Below are positions 1 to 9,780 of a stretch of 64,000 nt of DNA, in pieces. Positions within the stretch are counted from its first letter, which is position 1; the number at the start of each line of letters is the position of its first letter. The stretch spans positions 20,119-84,118 of the forward strand of contig CANSKO010000009.1 in the NCBI GenBank assembly GCA_947647505.1, in the 5' to 3' direction. The notes under the pieces were generated by a model. That model did no database searches. It was not told the DNA's origin and saw nothing but the letters and a program-made list of their open reading frames with translations. Origin of the DNA: an uncultured Roseburia sp. (lineage in GTDB: Bacteria > Bacillota > Clostridia > Lachnospirales > Lachnospiraceae). The position numbers were made by a program, and so were the translations under genes.

Positions 1-2
1 AT

Positions 3-218
3 GAGAGTGAAAAGGTCGTGCAGGAGTCTTTGGAAAAGCTGGCGAAAAACAGGACGACGTTTGTGATTGCGCACAGGCTGACGACGATTCAAAACGCCGC
101 AAGGATTCTCGTGCTGACGGAAGAGGGGATAGAGGAAGAGGGAAGCCATGCGCAGCTGCTTGCGCAGAACGGGGTTTACGCAAAGTTATATCATATGCAT
201 GACGAGCCCCGCACTTGA
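3..218 (+). CDS. ABC transporter ATP-binding/permease protein, C-terminal fragment (5' end outside the window)
   Basis: ESEKVVQESLEKLAKNRTTFVIAHRLTTIQNA: H-switch region of MsbA/MdlB-type exporters; frame open to the window edge. Confidence 0.9.
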   Translation, partial: ESEKVVQESLEKLAKNRTTFVIAHRLTTIQNAARILVLTEEGIEEEGSHAQLLAQNGVYAKLYHMHDEPRT

Positions 219-243
219 CAAATTCCTGCGTTAAGACTATATT
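215..243 (+). promoter_or_regulatory. sigmaA-type promoter of the COG0523 gene pair
   Basis: TTGACA(215-220)-17 bp-TATATT(238-243). Confidence 0.65.
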
Positions 244-275
244 TTCTTTAATTACATTATTTTAGAAAGAGGGCA

Positions 276-1394
276 ATGGGCATGATAAAAATTGATATTA
301 TTTCCGGGTTTTTAGGAGCGGGCAAGACGACTCTGATTCAAAAGCTTCTGGATGAGGCATACGCCGGAGAAAAGATTGCGCTGATTGAGAACGAGTTTGG
401 CGAGGTTGGCATTGACGGCGGATTTTTACGGGATTCCGGCGTAAATATTACGGAGATGAATTCGGGCTGCATCTGCTGTTCACTGGTGGGGGATTTTGGG
501 AAGAATTTACACGAAGTGATTACGACGTATCATCCGGACCGTATTGTAATTGAGCCTTCCGGCGTAGGGAAGCTTTCGGACGTGATGAAGTCCGTAATCG
601 AGATTGAGAACGCGCAGGATGTGAAATTAAACGCGCTGGTCACAGTTGTAAATGCGAAAAAAGCGTTAAAGCAGATGAAGGCGTTTGGAGAGTTTTTCAA
701 TAACCAGATTACGTATGCGACGACAATCGTACTCAGCAGAACGCAGCATATCCCGTCTGAGCAGCTGCAGCTTTGCGTGAAGCAGATGCAGGAATTAAAT
801 CCGGAAGCGGCGGTCGTTACAACGCCGTGGGAAGAGCTCTCAGGCGGGCATTTGCTACAGGTTATGGAAGGCGAAGACCGTTTGGAGAAAAAGGCATTTG
901 CAAAAGAGGCGTGCCGCAGGGAAGAAGAGGCGCATGCGCATCACCATGACTGCGGCGCAGAGCAGCATGGGCATGATTGCGGGCATAAGGAACAGCACGG
1001 GCATGGCTGCTGTGGGGAAGAGCATCCGCATGACCATGCATGCGGTTCTGCGCATCATCAGGAACATGGCTGCTGTCACGAAGGGCATCAGCATGGCCAT
1101 ACGCATCATCATGCGGAGGAAGTGTTTACAAGCTGGGGAAAAGAAACGCCGCGGAAATATACGAGAGCTGAAATTGAAGGGGCCGTCAAAGCGTTTGCGG
1201 AAGGCGATGCATATGGAACGGTGCTGCGCGCCAAGGGCATTGTGGAAAATGCGGAAGGCGGCTGGATGTATTTTGACATGACGCCGGGCGAATATGAAAT
1301 TCGGAATGGCGAGCCGGATTATACCGGGCGGCTTTGCGTCATAGGAACAGATCTTAAAGAAGAGAAGCTGGAGGAGCTGTTTTACATCGTATAG
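276..1394 (+). CDS. CobW/COG0523 family metal-chaperone GTPase with His/Cys-rich insert
   Basis: GFLGAGKTT Walker A, ENEFGE, GCICC metal motif, IEPSG, His-rich linker, C-terminal RAKG (CobW_C). Confidence 0.92.
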   Translation: MGMIKIDIISGFLGAGKTTLIQKLLDEAYAGEKIALIENEFGEVGIDGGFLRDSGVNITEMNSGCICCSLVGDFGKNLHEVITTYHPDRIVIEPSGVGKLSDVMKSVIEIENAQDVKLNALVTVVNAKKALKQMKAFGEFFNNQITYATTIVLSRTQHIPSEQLQLCVKQMQELNPEAAVVTTPWEELSGGHLLQVMEGEDRLEKKAFAKEACRREEEAHAHHHDCGAEQHGHDCGHKEQHGHGCCGEEHPHDHACGSAHHQEHGCCHEGHQHGHTHHHAEEVFTSWGKETPRKYTRAEIEGAVKAFAEGDAYGTVLRAKGIVENAEGGWMYFDMTPGEYEIRNGEPDYTGRLCVIGTDLKEEKLEELFYIV

Positions 1395-1408
1395 GAATGG
1401 AGGACGGG

Positions 1409-2350
1409 ATGGAGGAAATACCAGTATATTTGTTTACCGGATTTATGGACAGCGGCAAGACGACGCTGATTTGCCAGACGCTTCTTACCGATCATTTTGG
1501 CGACGGAGCAAAAACGCTTCTGCTTGTCTGTGAGGATGGAGAAATCGAATACGATGAGGAAGCGATGCGCGCGGCGGGCGTTGAAATGCTTATGGTGGAA
1601 AAGGAAGAGGATTTTACGGAAGATCTGCTGAAAAACATCCATCGCCAGTACCAGCCGGATCAGGTTTTTATCGAATACAACGGGACGTGGGGCATGGGTA
1701 CGCTGCTCGATATGACGCTGCCCGGCGGATGGGTGATTGTGCAGTCGCTGGCGACGGCGGACGCTTCTACGTTTGAGATGTATCTGAACAATATGCGTCC
1801 AATGGTTATGGAGCAGCTGTTTCAGTCGGACGTTGTGATCTTTAACCGCTGCGGCGACGATACGCCAAAAGGCAAATTTCGTCGTGCCGTAAAAGCGGTC
1901 AATCGTCCTGCGCAGATTGTGTACGAACGCGCTGACGGCACGCTGGACGAATCGGAAGAAGAGCTTCCGTTCGATCTGAATCAGGATATCATTGAAATTA
2001 CGGATGCGGATTATGCCATCTGGTATATGGACGTGCAGGAGAACTATAAAAAATACGATGGCAGGAAAGTGGAGTTTACCGCGCTTGTCTACAATCCGGA
2101 CAAAATGAAAAAGGGCGTGATGGCGCCGGGAAGGTTTGCGATGACCTGCTGCATTGAAGACGTGACGTTTCTGGGGCTTAAGTGCAGGTATCCTGATTCG
2201 AAAAGCATTCCGCACAAATCCTGGATTCATATAATCGCTGAAATTCGCGTGGAATTTGCAAAGGAATATAAGGGAAGAGGTCCGGTGCTCTATCCGGTCC
2301 GCATTACGGACGCTCAGAAGCCGGAAGATGAGCTTGTATATTTTTCTTAA
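1409..2350 (+). CDS. CobW-like GTPase domain fused to a DUF1980/TIGR03943-like C-terminal domain
   Basis: GFMDSGKTT, CEDGE, IEYNG, C-terminal GRFAMTCCIED; RBS GGAGG before ATG 1409. Confidence 0.75.
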   Translation: MEEIPVYLFTGFMDSGKTTLICQTLLTDHFGDGAKTLLLVCEDGEIEYDEEAMRAAGVEMLMVEKEEDFTEDLLKNIHRQYQPDQVFIEYNGTWGMGTLLDMTLPGGWVIVQSLATADASTFEMYLNNMRPMVMEQLFQSDVVIFNRCGDDTPKGKFRRAVKAVNRPAQIVYERADGTLDESEEELPFDLNQDIIEITDADYAIWYMDVQENYKKYDGRKVEFTALVYNPDKMKKGVMAPGRFAMTCCIEDVTFLGLKCRYPDSKSIPHKSWIHIIAEIRVEFAKEYKGRGPVLYPVRITDAQKPEDELVYFS

Positions 2351-2476
2351 TGCGGTTGCGTAATAGATTCTTCTGTTTTTCTTAATAAAAACTTCCAAAA
2401 TCTGACACGTTTTTTTCAAATGGAATGTGTTATACTGTAAAAGCAGCTTTGAGGTCGGGACAGATGGGGAAAAAGT

Positions 2477-4111
2477 ATGAAGTATATAAGGGAACGAAAC
2501 GGAAAACATGAAATTGTGGAGCGGAGAAAACACAGTCGGGCGTATGTGATACAGGCTGTTTTAAAATGGGCATTCTGCATCGGAATACTCCTACTGGCCA
2601 TTTTGCTGTTTCAGTTTTTGGATAAAAAATTAAATGACGGAAAGATTGTAGACCGTATCATTCATGGCTCGGATGATTCGGAAGAAAATAAAGTGCAGAA
2701 TACGGAACTGTTAGAGACGTCTGAGACAGAGGACGAAGAGGAGGCGGACGTGCTGCGCGTCTGTCTGGATCCGGGGCATGGAGGAATAGATCCCGGCTGC
2801 GATTTTGAAGGAAGAATCGAGGCGGATGACAACTGGAAGCTGGCGCTTGCCCTTAAAAAAGAGATGGAAGCGGCCGGAATGGAAGTCGTTATGACAAGGG
2901 AAGATAATGATACGAAAGTATTTTTAAAAGACAGGGTTGCAATCGCAAACGCTTCGGATGCGGATTACTTTGTTTCGCTGCATCGCAATAAGGGAGACGG
3001 CTATGGCGTTGAGACCTGGATGACGGCAAATGCCGGAGCAGTGACGGAAGCGCTGACGGGCAATGTACATAATGCCATCGTAAGCGCCGAAGTGCAGAGG
3101 GACCGCGGCATAAAGACCGGAACGGAAACGGGCGAAGGGTCTGATTATTATGTAATTGGAAATACGACGATGCCGGCCTGTCTGATCGAGTTTGGATTTA
3201 TCAACGATGCGGAAGACAATCGGCTGTTTGACGCCAATCTGGAAGGGTATGCCAAAGCGATTACGGCGGCGATACAAAATACGTACAATACGTTTGGCGA
3301 GGCGGAAGACCTGCCGGAAGATACGCAGAATCCGCAGGAAGGCGCGCAGGAGGAATCGTTGAAGAACGGCATGCGCCTGACATATCCGGTGATTGATAAT
3401 GTGAGCGCGTTAAGCAGCGAGATTCTGGACTGGGGACAGGGCAGCAACGTAGATGAGCTGAACCGTCCGACCGGCACGGTGGGGTATCAGGAAAAATACA
3501 AGGATTACAGCGCGGATTTTATCATTCCGACGACGGAGAAAAAGATTTATCTGACGCTGGATGAAGGGTATGAATACGGCTGTACGCCGACGATCCTAAG
3601 CACATTGAAGGAAAAAAACGTAAAGGCGGTATTTTTCGTGACGAAGCCGTATGCGGAAAAAGATCCGGAGCTGGTGCGCCAGATTATAGATGACGGACAT
3701 ATTCTGGGCAATCATTCCGTAACGCATCCTTCTGCGGGCGTGCCAAGCCTTTCACTGGAGGCGCAGGAGCAGGAAGTGATGGGACTGCATGATTATATCA
3801 AGGAAAAGTACGATTATGACATGTTTCTGTTTCGTTTTCCGGCAGGAAAATTCAGCGAGCAGTCGCTTGCCGTGCTGAACAACTGCGGGTATCGAAGCGT
3901 CTTCTGGAGCTTTGCGTATCTGGATTACGATGTCAACAACCAGCCGGATGAGGCGGAATCCCTCGAAAAGATGCTAAATAAGCTGCATCCGGGCGCCATT
4001 TATCTGTTGCATGCGGAGTCCTGGACAAATACAAATGTTCTGGGGCAGTTTATTGACAAAGCCAGAGAAGCCGGCTATGAGTTTGCGCTGTACACGGATA
4101 CATTGCAGTAG
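2477..4111 (+). CDS. Membrane-anchored N-acetylmuramoyl-L-alanine amidase (Amidase_3) fused to a PdaA-like polysaccharide deacetylase
   Basis: N-terminal TM helix; LDPGHGG, SLHRN, LIEFGF (amidase); IYLTLDEGYE, GNHSVTHP, FRFPAG, GAIYLLHA (CE4/PdaA). Confidence 0.88.
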   Translation: MKYIRERNGKHEIVERRKHSRAYVIQAVLKWAFCIGILLLAILLFQFLDKKLNDGKIVDRIIHGSDDSEENKVQNTELLETSETEDEEEADVLRVCLDPGHGGIDPGCDFEGRIEADDNWKLALALKKEMEAAGMEVVMTREDNDTKVFLKDRVAIANASDADYFVSLHRNKGDGYGVETWMTANAGAVTEALTGNVHNAIVSAEVQRDRGIKTGTETGEGSDYYVIGNTTMPACLIEFGFINDAEDNRLFDANLEGYAKAITAAIQNTYNTFGEAEDLPEDTQNPQEGAQEESLKNGMRLTYPVIDNVSALSSEILDWGQGSNVDELNRPTGTVGYQEKYKDYSADFIIPTTEKKIYLTLDEGYEYGCTPTILSTLKEKNVKAVFFVTKPYAEKDPELVRQIIDDGHILGNHSVTHPSAGVPSLSLEAQEQEVMGLHDYIKEKYDYDMFLFRFPAGKFSEQSLAVLNNCGYRSVFWSFAYLDYDVNNQPDEAESLEKMLNKLHPGAIYLLHAESWTNTNVLGQFIDKAREAGYEFALYTDTLQ

Positions 4112-4151
4112 CGGATGGCGGCGGATTCTGTGATTTTCGACAACAAATAGA

Positions 4152-4180
4152 TTGAATTTTAACAGAGAATCCTGTATGAT
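4152..4180 (+). promoter_or_regulatory. sigmaA-type promoter of nfnAB
   Basis: TTGAAT-17 bp-TATGAT. Confidence 0.6.
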
Positions 4181-4243
4181 GTTTAAGACGGTATGCGTAC
4201 CGTCTTAAACCATGTAAGGGAAGATAAAATGAGGAGGATAAGC

Positions 4244-5131
4244 ATGTATCCAATCGTAAAAAAAGAAAAACTGGCGGACAGGATTTTTCTGATGGACGTT
4301 CGGGCGCCAAGAGTGGCGAAGACCTGCGAGCCGGGGCAGTTTGTAATTGTAAAAATAGATGAGGAAGGGGAACGCATTCCGCTTACGATCTGTGACTATG
4401 ACAGAGCGGCGGGGACGATTACGATCGTGTTTCAGACGGTAGGCGCATCGACAGAGCGTATGCAGTATTTGAAGGAAGGCGATGCATTTATGGATTTCGT
4501 GGGGCCTTTGGGATGCGCTTCGGAGCTTGTCACTATGGATATAGAAGAGCTTAAGAAAAAGAAGATTGTGTTCATTGCCGGAGGCGTTGGGACGGCGCCT
4601 GTGTATCCGCAGGTAAAATGGCTGCATGCGCACGGCGTAGACTGCGACGTGATCATGGGATCCAGAACGAAAGAGCTTTTGTTTTTCACAGAGCAGATGG
4701 AGAAGGTTGCGACGAATCTGTATGTGACGACGGATGACGGAAGCTATGGATTTTGCGGCATGGGAACAGATCAGCTTCAGGCTCTGGTGGATGCGGGGCG
4801 TACATACAATCACTGCGTTGCGATTGGACCGATGATTATGATGAAATTTGTCTGCCTTCTGACGAAGAAGCTGGAAATCCCAACGATTGTGTCAATGAAT
4901 CCAATTATGGTAGATGGAACCGGAATGTGCGGCGCATGCAGGCTTACGGTAGGCGGCGAGGTGAAGTTTGCCTGTGTGGACGGACCGGAATTTGACGGGC
5001 ATCTGGTGGATTTCGATCAGGCGATGAAGCGGCAGCAGCTGTATAAAACAGAGGAAGGAAAAGCGATGCTAAGGCTTGCGGAGGGGGATACGCACCACGG
5101 CGGCTGCGGACATTGCGGAGGTGAAAAATAA
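4244..5131 (+). CDS. nfnA: Electron-bifurcating transhydrogenase small subunit (PyrK-like FAD/2Fe-2S protein)
   Basis: PGQF, RIPLTI, AGGVG, MVDGTGMCGAC, CVDGPEFD; RBS GAGGAGG; coupled to the next gene. Confidence 0.85.
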   Translation: MYPIVKKEKLADRIFLMDVRAPRVAKTCEPGQFVIVKIDEEGERIPLTICDYDRAAGTITIVFQTVGASTERMQYLKEGDAFMDFVGPLGCASELVTMDIEELKKKKIVFIAGGVGTAPVYPQVKWLHAHGVDCDVIMGSRTKELLFFTEQMEKVATNLYVTTDDGSYGFCGMGTDQLQALVDAGRTYNHCVAIGPMIMMKFVCLLTKKLEIPTIVSMNPIMVDGTGMCGACRLTVGGEVKFACVDGPEFDGHLVDFDQAMKRQQLYKTEEGKAMLRLAEGDTHHGGCGHCGGEK

Positions 5132-6516
5132 TGGATGTATTAAAGAAAGTTCCGGTAAAAGAGCAGGAACCGCAGGTTCGTGCGCAGAATTTTGAAGAAG
5201 TCTGTCTGGGGTATGATGCAAAGGAAGCCGTAAGCGAGTCCGAACGCTGTTTAAACTGCAAGAATGCACAGTGTGTGAAGGGATGTCCCGTTGCCATTGA
5301 TATTCCCGGTTTTATTTCCGAAATCAAAAACGAAAATTTTGAAAAAGCCTATGAGATTTTAAGCGCGTCGTCTGCGCTGCCGGCTGTCTGCGGGCGCGTC
5401 TGCCCGCAGGAGAGCCAGTGCGAAGGGAAATGCATTCGTGGCATCAAGGGAGAGCCCGTTTCCATTGGCAAGCTGGAGCGCTTCACGGCGGACTGGGCAA
5501 GAGAGCAGGGTATCGTGCCAAAATCGGATCAGGAGAAGAACGGCCGCAAGGTAGCCGTAGTCGGTTCCGGTCCCGCCGGCCTGACCTGTGCGGGAGATCT
5601 GGCGCGGCTTGGATATGATGTGACGATTTTTGAAGCGCTGCACGAAGCGGGCGGCGTATTGATTTATGGCATACCGGAATTTCGTCTGCCCAAGCAGGAC
5701 GTGGTGGCAAAGGAAGTGGAGAACGTCAAAGCGCTGGGCGTTAAGATTGAGACGAACGTCGTGATTGGACAGTCTACGACGATTGATGAGCTGATGGAAG
5801 AAGAGGGATTTGAAGCCGTTTTTATCGGTTCGGGAGCAGGACTGCCGCGGTTTATGGGAATACCGGGCGAACAGGCGAACGGCGTTTTTTCCGCGAATGA
5901 ATTTCTGACGAGGAACAATTTAATGAAGGCGTTCCGTGAAGAATACGATACGCCGATTATGAAGGGAAAGAACGTGGCCGTTGTCGGCGGCGGCAATGTG
6001 GCGATGGACGCCGCAAGGACGGCGCTTCGGCTTGGCGCGAACGTACATATTGTGTACCGCAGAAGTGAGGCGGAGCTTCCGGCCAGAGTGGAAGAAGTGC
6101 ATCACGCAAAAGAAGAGGGCGTTATTTTTGACCTTCTGACAAATCCCGTTGAAATACTGGTGGATGAAAATGGCTGGGTGAAAGGCATGACCTGTATTCG
6201 CATGGAGCTTGGCGAGCCGGACGCTTCCGGCAGAAGGTCTCCTGTGGAGGTGGCAGGCTCTGAATTTGAGATCGAACTGGATACGGTGATTATGTCGCTT
6301 GGAACTTCTCCGAATCCGCTGATTTCATCGACGACGAAGGGACTTGAGACAAACCGCAGAAAGTGCATTGTCGCGCAGGAGGAAACGGGCGAAACCTCTA
6401 AGCCGGGCGTATTCGCAGGCGGAGACGCGGTAACGGGCGCCGCTACGGTGATTCTTGCAATGGGAGCGGGCAAAGCGGCTGCAAAAGGCATTCATGCATA
6501 TTTGTCCGGAAAATAA
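5131..6516 (+). CDS. nfnB: NfnB / GltD-like flavoprotein (often annotated NADPH-dependent glutamate synthase gltA)
   Basis: RCLNC...CVKGCP, CGRVCPQE Fe-S motifs, GSGPAGL, GGGNVAMD; TAATG overlap with nfnA. Confidence 0.85.
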   Translation: MDVLKKVPVKEQEPQVRAQNFEEVCLGYDAKEAVSESERCLNCKNAQCVKGCPVAIDIPGFISEIKNENFEKAYEILSASSALPAVCGRVCPQESQCEGKCIRGIKGEPVSIGKLERFTADWAREQGIVPKSDQEKNGRKVAVVGSGPAGLTCAGDLARLGYDVTIFEALHEAGGVLIYGIPEFRLPKQDVVAKEVENVKALGVKIETNVVIGQSTTIDELMEEEGFEAVFIGSGAGLPRFMGIPGEQANGVFSANEFLTRNNLMKAFREEYDTPIMKGKNVAVVGGGNVAMDAARTALRLGANVHIVYRRSEAELPARVEEVHHAKEEGVIFDLLTNPVEILVDENGWVKGMTCIRMELGEPDASGRRSPVEVAGSEFEIELDTVIMSLGTSPNPLISSTTKGLETNRRKCIVAQEETGETSKPGVFAGGDAVTGAATVILAMGAGKAAAKGIHAYLSGK

Positions 6517-6531
6517 AAGAATAGATACGGC

Positions 6532-6561
6532 AAACCCCCGGAAGGCGTCTTCCGGGGGTTT
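6532..6561. terminator. Bidirectional intrinsic terminator between convergent operons
   Basis: AAACCCCCGGAAG-gcgt-CTTCCGGGGGTTT perfect hairpin. Confidence 0.85.
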
Positions 6562-6566
6562 ATCTG

Positions 6567-7382
6567 TTATTCCAGATTCAGTTTTTTCTTTGTAAGAATG
6601 TGGCAGATCACGTAATAGGCGATGCTGAACAGGAGCGCAAGCGTCAGCGTCGTCAAAAAGATGTGGCGGTAAAGGTCTGATTCCGGAAGCTGCGGCGCTG
6701 TTGTGGAAAACGTAACGGTCTGATAGCCCATATAACCTATGCCAACGGCAAAAAGCGACAGCGCGGAAACGATCTGTTGTATCACGTAGAAGACGACGCC
6801 TGCGCCGATGGCTGCCGGAATCCGGTAATTATGAAAGAGCTGGCCAACGGAAAGGCTGGCGTAGACCATCATCGTCAGTTCAAAGCAGAAGCCGATCAGC
6901 ATTAAAGCGACGATGCCAATCGACGGCAGCAGCTCCATGCCGAACATCAGGCAAAAATATTCCTGAAATCGCTGCATATCGGCGGAGGAAGGGAGTCCCG
7001 ACAGGCCGAGCGCCAGGATCAGGATGGAAGCGGCGCATACGAGAATTGCCAGTAAAAGCCAGGAGACGGCCGCTATAATTTTGCTGTTTAAGGTGGCGGA
7101 AACGGATACCGGCAGCGTATGCGTCAGATATCCCTGCTGCGCATACATGGTTTTATAAAAACGGATGGCAAGGTATACGCCGGTAATGATAAAAAGCGCA
7201 AGGATGCCGATGACATACAGCAGGATAAAGAATACCTGCAGGACGCCCTGGCCATTTGCGTCATACAGGCTGATTTTCAGATAACCGGTCCATAGCAGCG
7301 TAATCAGAAGCACGATGGCGTTCAGCGGAATGAAAAGCTTTGCAGTTTCCTTATATTCGTATTTTAACAGTTTGCCTAACAT
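6567..7382 (-). CDS. ABC-2 type transporter permease
   Basis: MLGKLLKYE start, about 6 TM segments, GYLTHTLPVS motif; follows an ABC ATPase. Confidence 0.85.
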   Translation of the reverse strand: MLGKLLKYEYKETAKLFIPLNAIVLLITLLWTGYLKISLYDANGQGVLQVFFILLYVIGILALFIITGVYLAIRFYKTMYAQQGYLTHTLPVSVSATLNSKIIAAVSWLLLAILVCAASILILALGLSGLPSSADMQRFQEYFCLMFGMELLPSIGIVALMLIGFCFELTMMVYASLSVGQLFHNYRIPAAIGAGVVFYVIQQIVSALSLFAVGIGYMGYQTVTFSTTAPQLPESDLYRHIFLTTLTLALLFSIAYYVICHILTKKKLNLE

Positions 7383-8074
7383 TTGAATACCTCCCGGAAT
7401 AAAGAATCTACGGATTTGCCTTTTTCCTCCCTGATTTTGTCAACGGAAGAGGTCAGCACGATCTGTCCTTCTTTGATAAAAATCACTTCGTCGAGTATGT
7501 TTTCGATATCGGAAATCAGGTGCGTCGAAATCAGAATCGTCGCGTCCTCGTCATAGTTGCTTAAAATAGTGTTTAGAATATAGTCTCTTGCAGCAGGGTC
7601 TACGCCGGCAATTGGTTCGTCCAGGACGTAGAGCTTTGCGCGCCGGCTCATAATTAAAATCAGCTGCACCTTTTCCTTTGTGCCTTTGGACATCGTTTTT
7701 AGTTTGTCGTCCGGCTTTATGCCAAGCTTTGCAAGCATATCGTAGGCCCGGTTTTCGTCGAAATCCGCATAAAAATCTTTGAAATAACGTATGATTTCAC
7801 GGACCCTTGCATGCATGTTCAGGTAGGACTGGTCCGGGAGATAGGAAACGATTTGTTTCGTTTCGATGCCAATGGGGTGCGCGTCTATGGTAAGCGTTCC
7901 CTCGCTGGGCGTTAAAAGCCCGTTGATGAGTTTGATCAGCGTGGTTTTGCCGCTGCCGTTTGGTCCAAGCAGACCGATGATGTGGCCGCCGGATACGGTA
8001 AGGTTGATATGGCTTAAAGCTGTTTTTTTGCCATATGCCTTGCTCAGATTTTTGCATTCTAAAATTGTGCTCAT
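7376..8074 (-). CDS. ABC transporter ATP-binding protein (YtrB-like)
   Basis: GPNGSGKTT, MSKG signature, LDEP, STH. Confidence 0.93.
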   Translation of the reverse strand: MSTILECKNLSKAYGKKTALSHINLTVSGGHIIGLLGPNGSGKTTLIKLINGLLTPSEGTLTIDAHPIGIETKQIVSYLPDQSYLNMHARVREIIRYFKDFYADFDENRAYDMLAKLGIKPDDKLKTMSKGTKEKVQLILIMSRRAKLYVLDEPIAGVDPAARDYILNTILSNYDEDATILISTHLISDIENILDEVIFIKEGQIVLTSSVDKIREEKGKSVDSLFREVFKC

Positions 8075-8442
8075 GCGGGTTCTCCTTTCAAAATTTCTGT
8101 CATCAGCGCAAGCGTTTCTTCTTTTTGAAAGCCAAGCATCTGCATGCTTTCCAGAAACTGTTTCATTTTTTCTCTGGCGAGCGTGGTTTTTAATTCTTCA
8201 ATCATGCTGACATCCTCCGTGATAAATCGTCCACTGGTTCTCTGGGAAAATAAAAGGCCCTTCCGTTCCAGTTCGGAAAGCGCTTTCTGCATCGTATTCG
8301 GGTTGACGGCGGCTTCCTGCGCCAGATCGCGTACAGAAGGAAGCTTGCCGCCGGGCGGATACTTGCCGGAAATAATGGAAATCTGAATGATTTCGATCAG
8401 CTGCAGAAAGATGGGCCGGTCGGCAGTTAAGTCCCATGCCAT
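8071..8442 (-). CDS. GntR/YtrA family transcriptional regulator
   Basis: KLPSVRDLAQEAAVNPNTMQKAL HTH; RBS GAAAGGGG before ATG 8442; heads the ABC operon. Confidence 0.92.
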   Translation of the reverse strand: MAWDLTADRPIFLQLIEIIQISIISGKYPPGGKLPSVRDLAQEAAVNPNTMQKALSELERKGLLFSQRTSGRFITEDVSMIEELKTTLAREKMKQFLESMQMLGFQKEETLALMTEILKGEPA

Positions 8443-8467
8443 GGAATCACCCCTTTCATTGTACTTC

Positions 8468-8513
8468 TGTATTAAGTTACTAATACAATAATATAAAAAT
8501 CGGGAATTGTCAA
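8468..8513 (-). promoter_or_regulatory. Promoter with overlapping YtrA-type operator
   Basis: Minus strand TTGACA(8513-8508)-17 bp-TATTGT; perfect inverted repeat TGTATTA-N6-TAATACA at 8468-8487. Confidence 0.75.
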
Positions 8514-8622
8514 GCGAAAAAAGAAAAAAGACGAACTGCGCAGCCCTCCTGTTCGATGAGGGGCGCGATTCGTCCATTACGGTATCCTGTGTATCGGATA
8601 TATGCCTGAATTTACCGTGCTT

Positions 8623-9765
8623 TCAGGCGAAAAAATCGGGCGTTTGAGGTTCGGTGGAGTTTGGCGCAGTCGAATGACAGTCTGTCAGGCACTGCATCAG
8701 ACGTCTGTTGTCTTCGGGCAGCATAAAACAGAACCGGATATATTTCTGGTTCAGAAACGGGAACGTCGAGCAGTCCCGGATCATCATGCCCTTTCGTATG
8801 GCGCGTTCAAACAGATCCTGTGATGTCAGATCGGGCCGCAGAATCTTTGCCAGTATAAAATTTGCGCTGGGAGGATACGGCTTAAAATCAGGCTGTTCCT
8901 GCAAAAAATGATAAACGGCTTCGCGTTCTTTTGCAATCAGCGTTCTTGTCGCCTGCATGTAGGATACGTCGGAAAACATCAGCTCACCCGCGATGACGGC
9001 GAGAGAATTGATTGTCCACGGATTTTTACGCGTATTGATGGATTTGATCAGGTCCCGGTTTCCGGTGACGGCATAACCAAGACGCAGCCCTGGCGCGGCA
9101 AAAAATTTGGCCGTCGAGCGCAGGATGATAATATTGTTGTAATAATGCGTCAGCGGAACGGAAGTTATGTCGTCTACATTTTCTGCAAATTCTACATAAG
9201 TTTCGTCGGTCATAACGAAAATATCATATTGCTTGCAGAGATCCAGAATCTGGCGCATCTCTTCCCTTGTAATAGAAGAAGACGTAGGGTTGTTTGGGTT
9301 ACAGATGACAAGGAGGTCGATGCTTTCATTCAGATGCGACGTAAAGTCGGATAGATTCAGGCGAAAGTCATCTTCTTCCTTTAACGGATAGTAGTGGGTG
9401 GCGCCGCCGCCAAGAAACACCTCGCGTTCGTATTCGGAGTAAGTCGGTCCTAAAATCAGGGCTTTTTTGGGATGCTCGATTTGAATAAACAGGGAAATCA
9501 GCTCCGTCGAACCGTTTCCAACCAGAATGTTTTCCGGATCGGAATGCACATATTCTGCAATGCAGCGGCGAAGCGAGGCGTACTCTCTGTCGGGATAGCC
9601 TGTAATGACGTCCAGCCTTTCGGCAAGCGTCTGCCGCAGCTGTGGAGAAATGCCAAGCGGATTGACATTGGCGGAAAAGCTGACGATGGATTCTTTTGGA
9701 ATGTTGTAATGCTGCTCTATTTTTTCCAGGTCGCTGCCGTGGAAATGATCTTTGTGTTTTATCAT
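8623..9765 (-). CDS. PLP-dependent threonine-phosphate decarboxylase CobD / HisC-like aminotransferase
   Basis: FSANVNPLG, GNGSTELI, CNPNNPT, DETY, STAKFFAAPGLRLGY. Confidence 0.8.
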   Translation of the reverse strand: MIKHKDHFHGSDLEKIEQHYNIPKESIVSFSANVNPLGISPQLRQTLAERLDVITGYPDREYASLRRCIAEYVHSDPENILVGNGSTELISLFIQIEHPKKALILGPTYSEYEREVFLGGGATHYYPLKEEDDFRLNLSDFTSHLNESIDLLVICNPNNPTSSSITREEMRQILDLCKQYDIFVMTDETYVEFAENVDDITSVPLTHYYNNIIILRSTAKFFAAPGLRLGYAVTGNRDLIKSINTRKNPWTINSLAVIAGELMFSDVSYMQATRTLIAKEREAVYHFLQEQPDFKPYPPSANFILAKILRPDLTSQDLFERAIRKGMMIRDCSTFPFLNQKYIRFCFMLPEDNRRLMQCLTDCHSTAPNSTEPQTPDFFA

Positions 9766-9780
9766 TTACTGTGCCTCCGG

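Noticed and set aside
5131-6516. True glutamate synthase (gltD with gltB)
   Set aside because: No large subunit adjacent; pairing with a PyrK-like gene indicates NfnAB
8443-8577. Extended N-termini given by the ORF track (GntR; also nfnA, GH84, gltX, codY, bsh, NhaC, Cys-repeat protein)
   Set aside because: Downstream starts have better RBSs and match family N-termini, and several extensions overlap promoter elements
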